A stretch of 21,524 nt of DNA, from positions 1-21,524 of IMG/VR virus record IMGVR_UViG_3300042561_002062; one strand, written 5' to 3'. Shown piece by piece: positions 1 through 8,107 of this stretch. Both the position numbers and the translations under genes were made by a program. The DNA is from a virus. Lineage: Duplodnaviria > Heunggongvirae > Uroviricota > Caudoviricetes. The notes under the pieces were generated by a model. It had not been told where the DNA came from, did not search any database, and was given only the letters and a program-made list of their open reading frames with translations. Positions within the stretch are counted from its first letter, which is position 1. Each line of letters starts with the position of its first letter.

Positions 1-2
1 TA

Positions 3-350
3 GAAGATATACAAATATTACCACTTGGTAGATACCTAGCGCCTACCGGACTTAAACTAGGCATTCCAAAAGGTTACGAAGTTCAAGTTCGGACTAAAAG
101 TGGATTAGCACTAAAACAAGGTCTTGTTGTTCTTAATAGTCCAGGAACCATCGATCAGGGATATACTGGTGAGATAAAAGTTATACTTTATAACTCAAGT
201 CAAACAATTATAAGGGTAGAAAAAGGTCAAAAAATAGCTCAAGCTTGCCTATGTCCAGTTGTTAGTGGTGGTGGATTGACCTTAGAACAAGTTCAAGAAG
301 TTGAAGATAAGGAACGAGGTGACAATGGTTTCGGATCTACCGGAATCTAA
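3..350 (+). CDS. dut: dUTP diphosphatase (trimeric dUTPase), 5'-truncated by window edge; absent from the ORF track
   Basis: Frame 3 translated by hand: ...PTGLKLGIPKGYEVQVRTKSGLALKQGLVVLNSPGTIDQGYTGEIKVILYN...GQKIAQ...ERGDNGFGSTGI*, showing dUTPase motifs II-V; TAA at 348-350. Confidence 0.96.
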   Translation, partial: EDIQILPLGRYLAPTGLKLGIPKGYEVQVRTKSGLALKQGLVVLNSPGTIDQGYTGEIKVILYNSSQTIIRVEKGQKIAQACLCPVVSGGGLTLEQVQEVEDKERGDNGFGSTGI

Positions 351-363
351 AAAAAATGAATAT

Positions 364-1494
364 ATGATCAATGTCTTTGGATCAAAAGTAGATGAACAAG
401 AGATTTCAAGTGTTATTCAAGTTATGAAATCTCAATGGATGGGGTATGGAAAAAAAGTAGAAGAATTTGAAGAACTCTTTAAGAAGTCCAGAGGTGTAGA
501 TAATTTTATTTTAGTAGATAGTGGATCTAACGCCTTGTTTATGGCTCTTCACCTACTAGATCTACCAAAAGGATCTGAAGTAATACTACCCTCTTTCACT
601 TGGGTATCTTGTGCACAAGCAGTTCTTATGGCTGGATGTCGGCCTGTATTTTGCGATGTAGATCTATTTTCTCATAATGTTACAGTAGATACTATTAGTG
701 AAAAAATTACAGAAAATACATCAGCTATCATGGTTGTCCATTACGCAGGAAAACCAGTAGATCTTGAACCGATAAAGACATTAGGTCTTCCTATTATTGA
801 GGATGCTGCTCATGCTGTAGATTCATACTACCGAGGAAAACTTTGTGGATCGCTAGCAGACGTCGGTATATTTAGTTTTGATGCGGTAAAAAACATAACT
901 ACTATAGAAGGTGGTGGAATTATCACTAAAAATGTAGAAATGCTCGAAAGAGCTAAAAGATTAAGGTATTGTGGTATCGGAAAATCAGGATTTGAGGCAG
1001 CTGCAAGTGGAGCATCTGAAAAAAGTAGATGGTGGGAGTATAACATTTCTGAACCTTTTATTAAAATGCTTCCAACAAATGTCGGAGCCGCTGTAGGTAT
1101 CGAACAATTGAAAAAAATAGATGAACTTCAATCTTCAAGGAAGTGGGTGTGGGATTATTATCAAGAAAATCTTCAAGAGGACTGGATTATAAATCCTGTG
1201 GAACCGTTACCTGATGAAAAACATTCCTATTTTACCTATGTAATATCTGTTAGTTGTGATAGAGATGGATTAGCTAAATATCTTCTTGATAATCAAATCT
1301 ATACTACTTTGAGATACCACCCACTTCATATGAACACTCTTTATCAAAGTGTAGATAAGCTACCGAATACGGAAAAGTTGAATCAACAAGCACTCAGTAT
1401 TCCAATACATCCGAATTTGACTAGAGAACAAGTTGTATATATTGTTGAAAAAATAAAAGAATATGGAAACAAAGATAAAAACACACGAACATAA
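364..1494 (+). CDS. DegT/DnrJ/EryC1/StrS-family PLP-dependent NDP-sugar aminotransferase (SpnR-like)
   Basis: SGSNAL, EDAAHA and FSFDAVKNITTIEGGG with the catalytic Lys. Start moved to ATG 364 (MINVF) because the track's TTG 301 lies inside dUTPase. Confidence 0.93.
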   Translation: MINVFGSKVDEQEISSVIQVMKSQWMGYGKKVEEFEELFKKSRGVDNFILVDSGSNALFMALHLLDLPKGSEVILPSFTWVSCAQAVLMAGCRPVFCDVDLFSHNVTVDTISEKITENTSAIMVVHYAGKPVDLEPIKTLGLPIIEDAAHAVDSYYRGKLCGSLADVGIFSFDAVKNITTIEGGGIITKNVEMLERAKRLRYCGIGKSGFEAAASGASEKSRWWEYNISEPFIKMLPTNVGAAVGIEQLKKIDELQSSRKWVWDYYQENLQEDWIINPVEPLPDEKHSYFTYVISVSCDRDGLAKYLLDNQIYTTLRYHPLHMNTLYQSVDKLPNTEKLNQQALSIPIHPNLTREQVVYIVEKIKEYGNKDKNTRT

Positions 1495-1906
1495 AAAATT
1501 CATAACAAAAGATTATTCAGGTAATGAGAATGGATTTTTAGTTCCAATTTTGAATATACATGATAATATTTTAGAAGGTGACCAGTTCCCTCAACAAGTT
1601 TATCTCTCGACTGTCCTTCCAAAACACATGAAAGGACCACATCTTCATAATATTCGTAGCGGTTATTTTACCTGTATTCGTGGTAATGTTAAAATCGTCT
1701 TAAAGGTAGATGGTAAGTATCTTGAATATTTTAGTGGTGAAGACTATAATTATCTTTCTGTTCAAGTTCCAAAAGGTGTCCCTGCGCTTGTTGTGTGTCT
1801 AGGTGATATAGAAGCTTATCTGTTGAATATGCCAAGTCCAGCTTGGACACCAGATATGAACGATGAACACACCAGTGATTTTAGTGATTATTTTTCTAAA
1901 CTATGA
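1463..1906 (+). CDS. RmlC/FdtA(WxcM)-like cupin, NDP-sugar epimerase or ketoisomerase
   Basis: KGPHLH...YFTCIRGNVKIV...VQVPKGV cupin pattern; overlaps the aminotransferase end. Confidence 0.75.
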   Translation: METKIKTHEHKKFITKDYSGNENGFLVPILNIHDNILEGDQFPQQVYLSTVLPKHMKGPHLHNIRSGYFTCIRGNVKIVLKVDGKYLEYFSGEDYNYLSVQVPKGVPALVVCLGDIEAYLLNMPSPAWTPDMNDEHTSDFSDYFSKL

Positions 1907-2982
1907 GCCCATATTTCTGTATTTTAGTTACTTCGCATGCAAATACTGAAGAAAAAGTTGAACTGTTGAAAAGGTGTCTAGTATCACTTCAGCCTCTCGA
2001 AACACCAATCATTCTTTCAAGTCATATACCGGTATCTGAAGAAATACAAGAACTCACATACCTAACGATTAAAGACTCATCTAATTTGATTTTAGATGAA
2101 GCTCAGATGATGTCACAACCTGTAACTCTTGAAGAACCACTCTATTATATACACGACAGTTTTGCTAATATTTTGTTTTCTTGTGGAATTTTCAAGAAAA
2201 CTTATATACCAGGTATGATGAATCATTATATCAATAGCATTCGTATTATTAAAGCTCTTGGTTTTGAGAATATACTTTATTGGGAATATGATTCTATTCT
2301 AGGACCAGATTCTTTGGTCAGACTTAAAGAATTTCAATATAGATATATTATGGAAAGGTTAGATTTTTTTGGTTTTGTATCCTATATTCAAGATATCAAA
2401 TGTCTAAATGCTATACCATCTTTATTCAATGTTGATAAAGTTCTAGAATTCCTACCACAGAAACCAATTGAATCTGCTAAAGAATACAATGAATTAGTCC
2501 ATAATAAGATAATCGAGCAATGGATGCTTGAAAATCTATCATCTAGATCACAAGGTGAACTGATTGATTTGGGTGAATGGAATCAATATTTTAGTGACAC
2601 CCAAAGGGGATTAGTTGGTTCTCAAAACGGTAACTATTTAACTCTCAATTTGAGATCAGGTATATTTTTCAACCATCTCGATAGAAGATCAATCTTTTAT
2701 GCCTTGAACACTTGGGAAGAACCTCTGACCACACAAATGGTAATAAAAAATCCACAAGATCACTCTGTTGTATATACAAGAACTGTAGAGTTAGAACCAG
2801 GTGTGTGGTTTTTTGATTATTTAGGCACTCAAATAGATATTGATTTCACTACATCAACTGGTCTTGATATAGAAGAAACTGTTATCCAACAATCTACCGG
2901 TGAAGTAAATAGTTTCAAATATAATATTTCCCAAAAGAATTTAGAGTTTGTTTCAACACTTAAGAAGTGGAAAGAACTTTAA
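1903..2982 (+). CDS. Hypothetical protein, possibly GT-A-fold glycosyltransferase-like
   Basis: 359-aa ORF coupled by an ATGA overlap. N-terminal strand-helix (CILVTSH...LLKRCLVSL) and ILYWEYD (ExD) at about the position of a DxD motif. The function is a guess. Confidence 0.45.
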   Translation: MSPYFCILVTSHANTEEKVELLKRCLVSLQPLETPIILSSHIPVSEEIQELTYLTIKDSSNLILDEAQMMSQPVTLEEPLYYIHDSFANILFSCGIFKKTYIPGMMNHYINSIRIIKALGFENILYWEYDSILGPDSLVRLKEFQYRYIMERLDFFGFVSYIQDIKCLNAIPSLFNVDKVLEFLPQKPIESAKEYNELVHNKIIEQWMLENLSSRSQGELIDLGEWNQYFSDTQRGLVGSQNGNYLTLNLRSGIFFNHLDRRSIFYALNTWEEPLTTQMVIKNPQDHSVVYTRTVELEPGVWFFDYLGTQIDIDFTTSTGLDIEETVIQQSTGEVNSFKYNISQKNLEFVSTLKKWKEL

Positions 2983-3533
2983 CCCTCTTTTATAGTAAAA
3001 AATACCTCACCTACGGTTTTTCCTAGATCCGAAAAATCTTGATTATAATCATTTAGATCTATAAATCCATAACCCCTATCGGTATATCTACATATTTTTT
3101 TCATACCCGTTGAACGTATAAATCTATCATATTTTATCGAGGAGTGCATCTCTATAGTCTTTGTGACTCCCATAACAGAATGTGCTAGACGAGTTATAAG
3201 ATTTCCACAAAAATTTTTGAAAGGTGCGAAATCTCTAACTAACTCTTGTTTATCTACTTTTAAATGTTCAATTATTTGCATTTCAGATAAGATTTGAAAA
3301 AGATAAGGATTGGATGGTTTAAATACTCTTCTGATCATTATACCTCTTCTAAAATCATCCGGTTTAGAAAATCTATCTGTTTGGATAATTTGAGAAGTTG
3401 TTTCGGGAACTTGAGATTTTTCTAAATATTTCTCTATAGAAAGGTGTAGATCTTCCAGCCTACAAGAGAAAACTCTTTCGGTAGTAAGTTTTGTGAATCC
3501 ATCGAAGTCCATGATTAATTTACCTCCTTTCAT
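2979..3533 (-). CDS. Hypothetical protein
   Basis: 184-aa ORF filling the gap; its stop shares TTAA (2979-2982) with the convergent gene; ATATATA motif upstream. Confidence 0.7.
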   Translation of the reverse strand: MKGGKLIMDFDGFTKLTTERVFSCRLEDLHLSIEKYLEKSQVPETTSQIIQTDRFSKPDDFRRGIMIRRVFKPSNPYLFQILSEMQIIEHLKVDKQELVRDFAPFKNFCGNLITRLAHSVMGVTKTIEMHSSIKYDRFIRSTGMKKICRYTDRGYGFIDLNDYNQDFSDLGKTVGEVFFTIKEG

Positions 3534-3587
3534 ATTTAAGGTATATATATTAAAAAAACTTGAAAAGCTTTGAATAGTATAATAATT

Positions 3588-3980
3588 ATGAAAAAAATAA
3601 AAACAACACCATTTTCTATAGAAGATAGACCAGATCTAGTTGAACCAAAAGCTTGGGGAAAGGAGATTATCTTTGCGAATAATCCACTTTATTGTGGAAA
3701 ACTTCTATGCTTTAACGCGGGATCTAAGTTCTCAATGCACTTCCACCTAATAAAAGACGAAACTTGGTGGGTTCAATCCGGAGAGTTTATCTATAGATGG
3801 ATTGATACAGATACTGCTCAAATTTTAGAACAAAAGTTATTACCAGGTCATATTGTTCGTCAGCATCCAGGTCAGCCACATCAACTTGAAGCTATTACTG
3901 AAGGAGTTATATTTGAAGTTTCTACTGAGCATTTCGATTTTGATAGTTATCGGGTATTACCTGGTGATTCTCAAAAGTAG
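3588..3980 (+). CDS. Cupin-domain protein (mannose-6-phosphate isomerase/ketol-isomerase-like)
   Basis: KAWGKE...SMHFHLIKDETW...PGQPHQLEA...EVST cupin metal-binding residues; ATG 3588 preferred over TTG 3570. Confidence 0.85.
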   Translation: MKKIKTTPFSIEDRPDLVEPKAWGKEIIFANNPLYCGKLLCFNAGSKFSMHFHLIKDETWWVQSGEFIYRWIDTDTAQILEQKLLPGHIVRQHPGQPHQLEAITEGVIFEVSTEHFDFDSYRVLPGDSQK

Positions 3981-4226
3981 TTATCCTTTGTATCTATGTC
4001 TATAGAGTTTGAGTAGATAAAATTTAGCTTTTCTCATGGTATCAAAAGAAGTTAAGTAATGATTTACTGAACTTGAACATACATAGCATCTAAATTCTCT
4101 TTCGAGGTAGGTATGTGTTGAACGGCTGGTTATATCATATCGTAGATAAATCCTACCGAAGATACCACTACCAAAATCAATTAACTTTACTAGTCTTTTT
4201 GGTTTTTTACGAGACTCTTCCATCAT
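3981..4226 (-). CDS. Hypothetical basic protein
   Basis: 81-aa ORF in a tightly overlapping minus-strand run downstream of rpiB. Confidence 0.55.
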   Translation of the reverse strand: MMEESRKKPKRLVKLIDFGSGIFGRIYLRYDITSRSTHTYLEREFRCYVCSSSVNHYLTSFDTMRKAKFYLLKLYRHRYKG

Positions 4227-4464
4227 TTATAAAATTTTGTAGAGGATCTTCAATTATTTCAACAATCTTATAAATATCATTGAAATCTTTTATGAGCATG
4301 CGAGTGCCTGGATCTCCAGGACTATCTAAATTTTTATACTGTATTGTAAGCCTTGAAATTTCTAAAATTTCTATCTTTTTAAGATCACTTGAGCTCTCCC
4401 ATGTGTCTTTGAGATTTTTGATTCTAGAAACAATATAAATCTGACCTTCTCTAAAATTATTCAT
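4207..4464 (-). CDS. Hypothetical protein
   Basis: 85-aa ORF whose start overlaps the rpiB stop (ATGA). Confidence 0.7.
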   Translation of the reverse strand: MNNFREGQIYIVSRIKNLKDTWESSSDLKKIEILEISRLTIQYKNLDSPGDPGTRMLIKDFNDIYKIVEIIEDPLQNFINDGRVS

Positions 4465-4889
4465 ACTTTATCTATTTTTTTAACTCTTTTTTCGTGCCTA
4501 CCACCTTCAAATTCTTGAGATAAAAACACATCTACTATTTTTTTAGCTTCGAAAGTAGATACAAATCTTGAAGGAATACAAACAATGTTTGCGTTGTTAT
4601 GTTGGCGAGCTAGTTTTGATAGGTCATCGTTCCAGCAAAGAGCAGCTCTTACACCTGGCCATTTATTGGCGGTCATAGAGACACCGTTACCACTACCACA
4701 TATTAAAATACCTATGCCCTGTTCAGATACCATACCAGACACAAGATGAGCAAAATCAGGATAATCACAAGATTCACTTGACTCGGGTCCTAGATCGAAA
4801 AGTTCATACTCGTCTTTTGAAAGATATTCAACGAGAACTTCTTTCAGATCAAACCCAGCATGATCGCTGGCTATATAAATTTTTTTCAT
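4461..4889 (-). CDS. rpiB: Ribose-5-phosphate isomerase B
   Basis: IASDHAG, DYPD, ICGSGNG, ARQHNNAN and FEGGRHEKRV motifs of the RpiB/LacAB family. Confidence 0.96.
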   Translation of the reverse strand: MKKIYIASDHAGFDLKEVLVEYLSKDEYELFDLGPESSESCDYPDFAHLVSGMVSEQGIGILICGSGNGVSMTANKWPGVRAALCWNDDLSKLARQHNNANIVCIPSRFVSTFEAKKIVDVFLSQEFEGGRHEKRVKKIDKV

Positions 4890-4938
4890 AATTTTTTCAG
4901 TTCATTCTTATATATTTAGAAGAATGTTAGGTTTGAAA

Positions 4939-5352
4939 TTATTTTGAAAGAGATTTCAAGTTACCAAGATGAGTTAGAAAGCCTTCTGGTTTCACTAGTG
5001 TCATAAAGTGCATTCTTTCAATTGTCCCACTCTTTTTCATATCCTCAAGTTTAGATTCAAGTTCAGTGTCGGTCTGTTCGGTTTTAGTGTATCTTATCAT
5101 CAGACCATCTTGACCACTCAATGAAATAGACGGTTTAATGATAGTAAGTGTTGTGTCGTTTTCATCAACGTAGACCTCACATGTATCGTATTCTGTAGAG
5201 GGGTCTATTTTAGTTCGCCACTCTTGCCAGTTATCTTGAGAAACTTCCATTTTATTGTTTGTTGATACTTGAGTCTCTGGTTTTTGCTCGATCATTTCAG
5301 GTGTTTCTACGTCTTCTTTAAGAAACTGATTCCACATTTTAATATTTTTCAT
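4939..5352 (-). CDS. Hypothetical protein, candidate virion/internal head protein
   Basis: 137-aa acidic ORF with N-terminus MKNIKMWNQFLKE resembling phage capsid-targeting leaders; TATATATA upstream at 5369-5376. Confidence 0.65.
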   Translation of the reverse strand: MKNIKMWNQFLKEDVETPEMIEQKPETQVSTNNKMEVSQDNWQEWRTKIDPSTEYDTCEVYVDENDTTLTIIKPSISLSGQDGLMIRYTKTEQTDTELESKLEDMKKSGTIERMHFMTLVKPEGFLTHLGNLKSLSK

Positions 5353-5394
5353 GTAATTTTTTTGTTTGTATATATAAAAAATTTAATTTTTTTG

Positions 5395-5402
5395 TATATT
5401 TG
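5395..5402 (+). promoter_or_regulatory. Possible Bacteroidota sigma-A -7 element (TAnnTTTG)
   Basis: TATATTTG upstream of ORF 5473; no TTTG at the canonical 19-21 nt spacing. Confidence 0.4.
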
Positions 5403-5472
5403 TGGTGTATGTACAAAAATATTTTCGGGTATAAAAAAATAAACATTTCAATCATTTCAATCTAAAAAAAAT

Positions 5473-5772
5473 ATGACAGAGACCTATTTACTCGTCTTTC
5501 TTTCTCAAACACTCTTCAACATTTTCAAGGTTTTAGAGATTAAACTTACCTATGAGAATAAAACCAACGCCCTAATGGTGAACTCTATTTTTATAAACTT
5601 AGTAAGTCTTACTTCAACTTATTTTTCTATAGAAAATCTCCTATCGGGTGATTTTGTGGTTATTATTTTCTATGTGTCTGGTTCAGTTTTCGGAAAATGG
5701 TTTGCGATGACTCATTTTGAGAACTATCGATCTAAACTTTTCAAGGTGTTATTTCGTAAAGATCAAGTATAA
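5473..5772 (+). CDS. Small multi-pass membrane protein (DUF5698/UPF0316-like)
   Basis: About three hydrophobic segments and a FYVSGSVFG pattern; family recalled from memory only. Confidence 0.6.
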   Translation: MTETYLLVFLSQTLFNIFKVLEIKLTYENKTNALMVNSIFINLVSLTSTYFSIENLLSGDFVVIIFYVSGSVFGKWFAMTHFENYRSKLFKVLFRKDQV

Positions 5773-6506
5773 AATCCAATAGAATTAAATAGAATCTCTA
5801 ACTGTATAAGTCCTCTACACTTGAAATGTCTTCTTTTTGTACCTTTGTCAAAGTTTTGAACTTCAGTTACAAGAAAAACTTCTCTTGAAAATTTACTAAT
5901 TGTTATCTTGATTGTGTTTGGATGTTTTGGTGGTTCACCTGGTTTTGGTATAATTCTAAGAGATTTTTCAATAGGCTCAATAATATTGAAATAAATACTA
6001 TCTTGAAGATCTGCAAACGTATAAAAAGGCCCCTCATAACCATAATACGACATTTGTATGTATTCTTCTATATCGGCAAGTTCGTCACCAGACATTACTG
6101 TTCTAGTAAGTTTTTGTAAAGATTGATTATATTCATAATCTGATATTAGGTAATCTTTAGAAGGATCTTTGGATAGTTCAACAGCTGCTGGTAATTGAGG
6201 CGTAGTCGGTGGTGTCACTCTAGCTGGAAGAAGTCCGTAAAAACTACTCTTTTTCTCTTGCACCGTAAGCTCAACAACATTAGCTCCTCTTTCTTGGTAA
6301 ACATCTACTTTGGTTGTACAACCGTTGAATGTTCTAAAGTCTAAATCATCTATCGTAGTCCAGAGATTGACGAGATTATCGATCGTTGAGTTTTTTGGTA
6401 GGAATAAAAAAAATACAACAGATGTGTCGTCTATTTTTTCGTGATCATAGTCTACTCGTTTTTGTTTGAGTAGATTTTCGGCAAGTATTATTTTAGAGTC
6501 TATCAT
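5763..6506 (-). CDS. Hypothetical protein, paralog of 6510-7238
   Basis: 247 aa; aligns by eye with its neighbour at both N- and C-terminal domains. Confidence 0.8.
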   Translation of the reverse strand: MIDSKIILAENLLKQKRVDYDHEKIDDTSVVFFLFLPKNSTIDNLVNLWTTIDDLDFRTFNGCTTKVDVYQERGANVVELTVQEKKSSFYGLLPARVTPPTTPQLPAAVELSKDPSKDYLISDYEYNQSLQKLTRTVMSGDELADIEEYIQMSYYGYEGPFYTFADLQDSIYFNIIEPIEKSLRIIPKPGEPPKHPNTIKITISKFSREVFLVTEVQNFDKGTKRRHFKCRGLIQLEILFNSIGFYT

Positions 6507-6509
6507 AGG

Positions 6510-7238
6510 TTAAAAGGGCACCCAATCAAAGTATTCTTTTATGAGTAAATCTATCTCAGCTAAGTTCTCACATTTGAACACTCTGGAAGGTGAATATTTT
6601 GGATAAAGTGATATAGTTACAAGATAGAGAGGGCCTCTGAACTTTTCAACTTCTACATCACATTTTATAGCTCCTCTTTCTCTTATTCGCCAGTAATAAT
6701 AATCCCAGTGTTTGTAGTTTAGAGGGCCTTCTAGATCGTCAGAAAATATTCCTTCGAAAATTTTACTCAGAAGATCAATTTGACCATCTTGAAATTCTTC
6801 ACGTATAGAATCTAATTCTATTTTATTTTTTTCACCAGTGGTAATCTCAAAACGGTGTTTCGGAGTCAGTGAGTTGGGAAAGCTATATCTCTTATAGGTT
6901 TTAGGCTCCTTCGTAGTTGTTGGTGTTATAGGTGCTGCTGGTGGTGTATAGCTTGGATAATTATAAGTAGGTGCGGCATAAGTTTTTTTACCTACTACTG
7001 AAAATTCAATAACTTTTTCTGAGTGAAGCGTATAAATATCGACTTGGCAGCTCCAGCCTCTCCATATGTTGAAATCAAGAGTATCGAGAATGCCCCATAT
7101 CTCAATCAATTTTTCTATCTCAACTTCACCACGAAGATAGATATAAATATAGGTTTTCGAGCTTAATATCTCTGTGTCAAAATCAAGACCCTTTCTATTG
7201 AGAAGATCTATTGAATCCTGTAAAAATTTCTCATCCAT
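6510..7238 (-). CDS. Hypothetical protein, paralog of 5763-6506
   Basis: 242 aa; Pro/Thr-rich linker between two conserved domains. Confidence 0.8.
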   Translation of the reverse strand: MDEKFLQDSIDLLNRKGLDFDTEILSSKTYIYIYLRGEVEIEKLIEIWGILDTLDFNIWRGWSCQVDIYTLHSEKVIEFSVVGKKTYAAPTYNYPSYTPPAAPITPTTTKEPKTYKRYSFPNSLTPKHRFEITTGEKNKIELDSIREEFQDGQIDLLSKIFEGIFSDDLEGPLNYKHWDYYYWRIRERGAIKCDVEVEKFRGPLYLVTISLYPKYSPSRVFKCENLAEIDLLIKEYFDWVPF

Positions 7239-7244
7239 TTATAC

Positions 7245-7252
7245 TATATATA
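7245..7252. promoter_or_regulatory. Palindromic TATATATA in an 18-bp divergent intergenic gap, candidate phage promoter motif
   Basis: The same ATATATA motif precedes several other gene starts in the window. Confidence 0.45.
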
Positions 7253-7256
7253 AAAA

Positions 7257-7511
7257 ATGTCTCATATAATTTCTTCTCTTTGTGTAGGTGAAAAAGACGG
7301 CTCTTGTATAGAGGTTTGTCCGGTATATTGTATAGAAGACGGAGGTGATCAAATGTATATCAACCCAGATGTTTGTATTGATTGTGGTCTATGTATAAGA
7401 GTTTGTCCAGTTGATGCAATATTTGATTCAGAAGAAGTAGCACTAAAGTTTGGTCAAAGAGAATCTGTAGAAAAAAATTACGAATTTTATGGTAAAAAGT
7501 TTGGTTTTTAA
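7257..7511 (+). CDS. 7Fe-type ferredoxin ([3Fe-4S]+[4Fe-4S], FdxA-like)
   Basis: C-x7-C-x3-CP (CVGEKDGSCIEVCP) plus CIDCGLCIRVCPVDAI. Confidence 0.93.
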   Translation: MSHIISSLCVGEKDGSCIEVCPVYCIEDGGDQMYINPDVCIDCGLCIRVCPVDAIFDSEEVALKFGQRESVEKNYEFYGKKFGF

Positions 7512-7531
7512 CGAAAACTTACCTATATTTG
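7500..7531 (+). promoter_or_regulatory. Bacteroidota-type sigma-A promoter (-33 TTTG / -7 TAnnTTTG)
   Basis: TTTG 7500-7503, 20-nt spacer, TATATTTG 7524-7531, upstream of ATG 7550. Confidence 0.65.
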
Positions 7532-7549
7532 CACACTAAAATATTTAAT

Positions 7550-7657
7550 ATGAAAACAAGATTTTTGATTGAGTTAGTGAGTAGAATCATACTTTTTGGG
7601 CTTGGTGCCACTTTTTTGGGCGCTCTTGCCTACATTTTTTGGCTTACGATCCAATAA
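7550..7657 (+). CDS. 35-aa single-pass membrane microprotein (not in ORF track)
   Basis: MKTRFLIELVSRIILFGLGATFLGALAYIFWLTIQ*; fills the gap, has an A-rich upstream region and its own promoter motif. Confidence 0.6.
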   Translation: MKTRFLIELVSRIILFGLGATFLGALAYIFWLTIQ

Positions 7658-7689
7658 TTTGGATCCTATCACCTTTTCTATTATATTTG
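7658..7689 (+). promoter_or_regulatory. Bacteroidota-type sigma-A promoter (-33 TTTG / -7 TAnnTTTG)
   Basis: TTTG 7658-7661, 20-nt spacer, TATATTTG 7682-7689, upstream of the HEXXH ORF. Confidence 0.65.
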
Positions 7690-7706
7690 TAGAAAAATAG
7701 GTGATT

Positions 7707-8093
7707 ATGAATCTAGAGAAAGTTAATAGAAAGTTTGTAGATCTAATTATTGATTATTGTGTATCCAATTTTGGTTATAGTAAGCATCAGAGTATATTTC
7801 CTAGAATAATTCTATATAATAGACCTTGTCTATCAGAGCCACAGAATTGTGGCTATTATGACTGGAATAAAAATGTAATATGTATCTTCAAACCATCACA
7901 TAAAAATTGTCTTGATGTAGCAAATACGATTGTTCATGAGTATGTACACTATTTACAAAGTGAGAAAAAATATTACAAGCTAGAAAAAAAGCATAAATAT
8001 AGAGACCATCCATTTGAGATAGAAGCATATGAAATCGCAAATAAACATGGAGTTCTAGCAAAAAGATACGCTAAAAAACTATTGAAAAAATAA
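7707..8093 (+). CDS. Zincin-like metallopeptidase-domain protein
   Basis: TIVHEYVHYLQ (HExxH) with downstream PFEIEAY; start ATG 7707 or GTG 7701. Confidence 0.75.
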   Translation: MNLEKVNRKFVDLIIDYCVSNFGYSKHQSIFPRIILYNRPCLSEPQNCGYYDWNKNVICIFKPSHKNCLDVANTIVHEYVHYLQSEKKYYKLEKKHKYRDHPFEIEAYEIANKHGVLAKRYAKKLLKK

Positions 8094-8107
8094 CCAATAG
8101 TTCTCAA

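Noticed and set aside
301-363. ORF-track start at TTG 301 for the aminotransferase
   Set aside because: It overlaps the dUTPase 3' end (stop 350); family similarity begins at MINVF (364).
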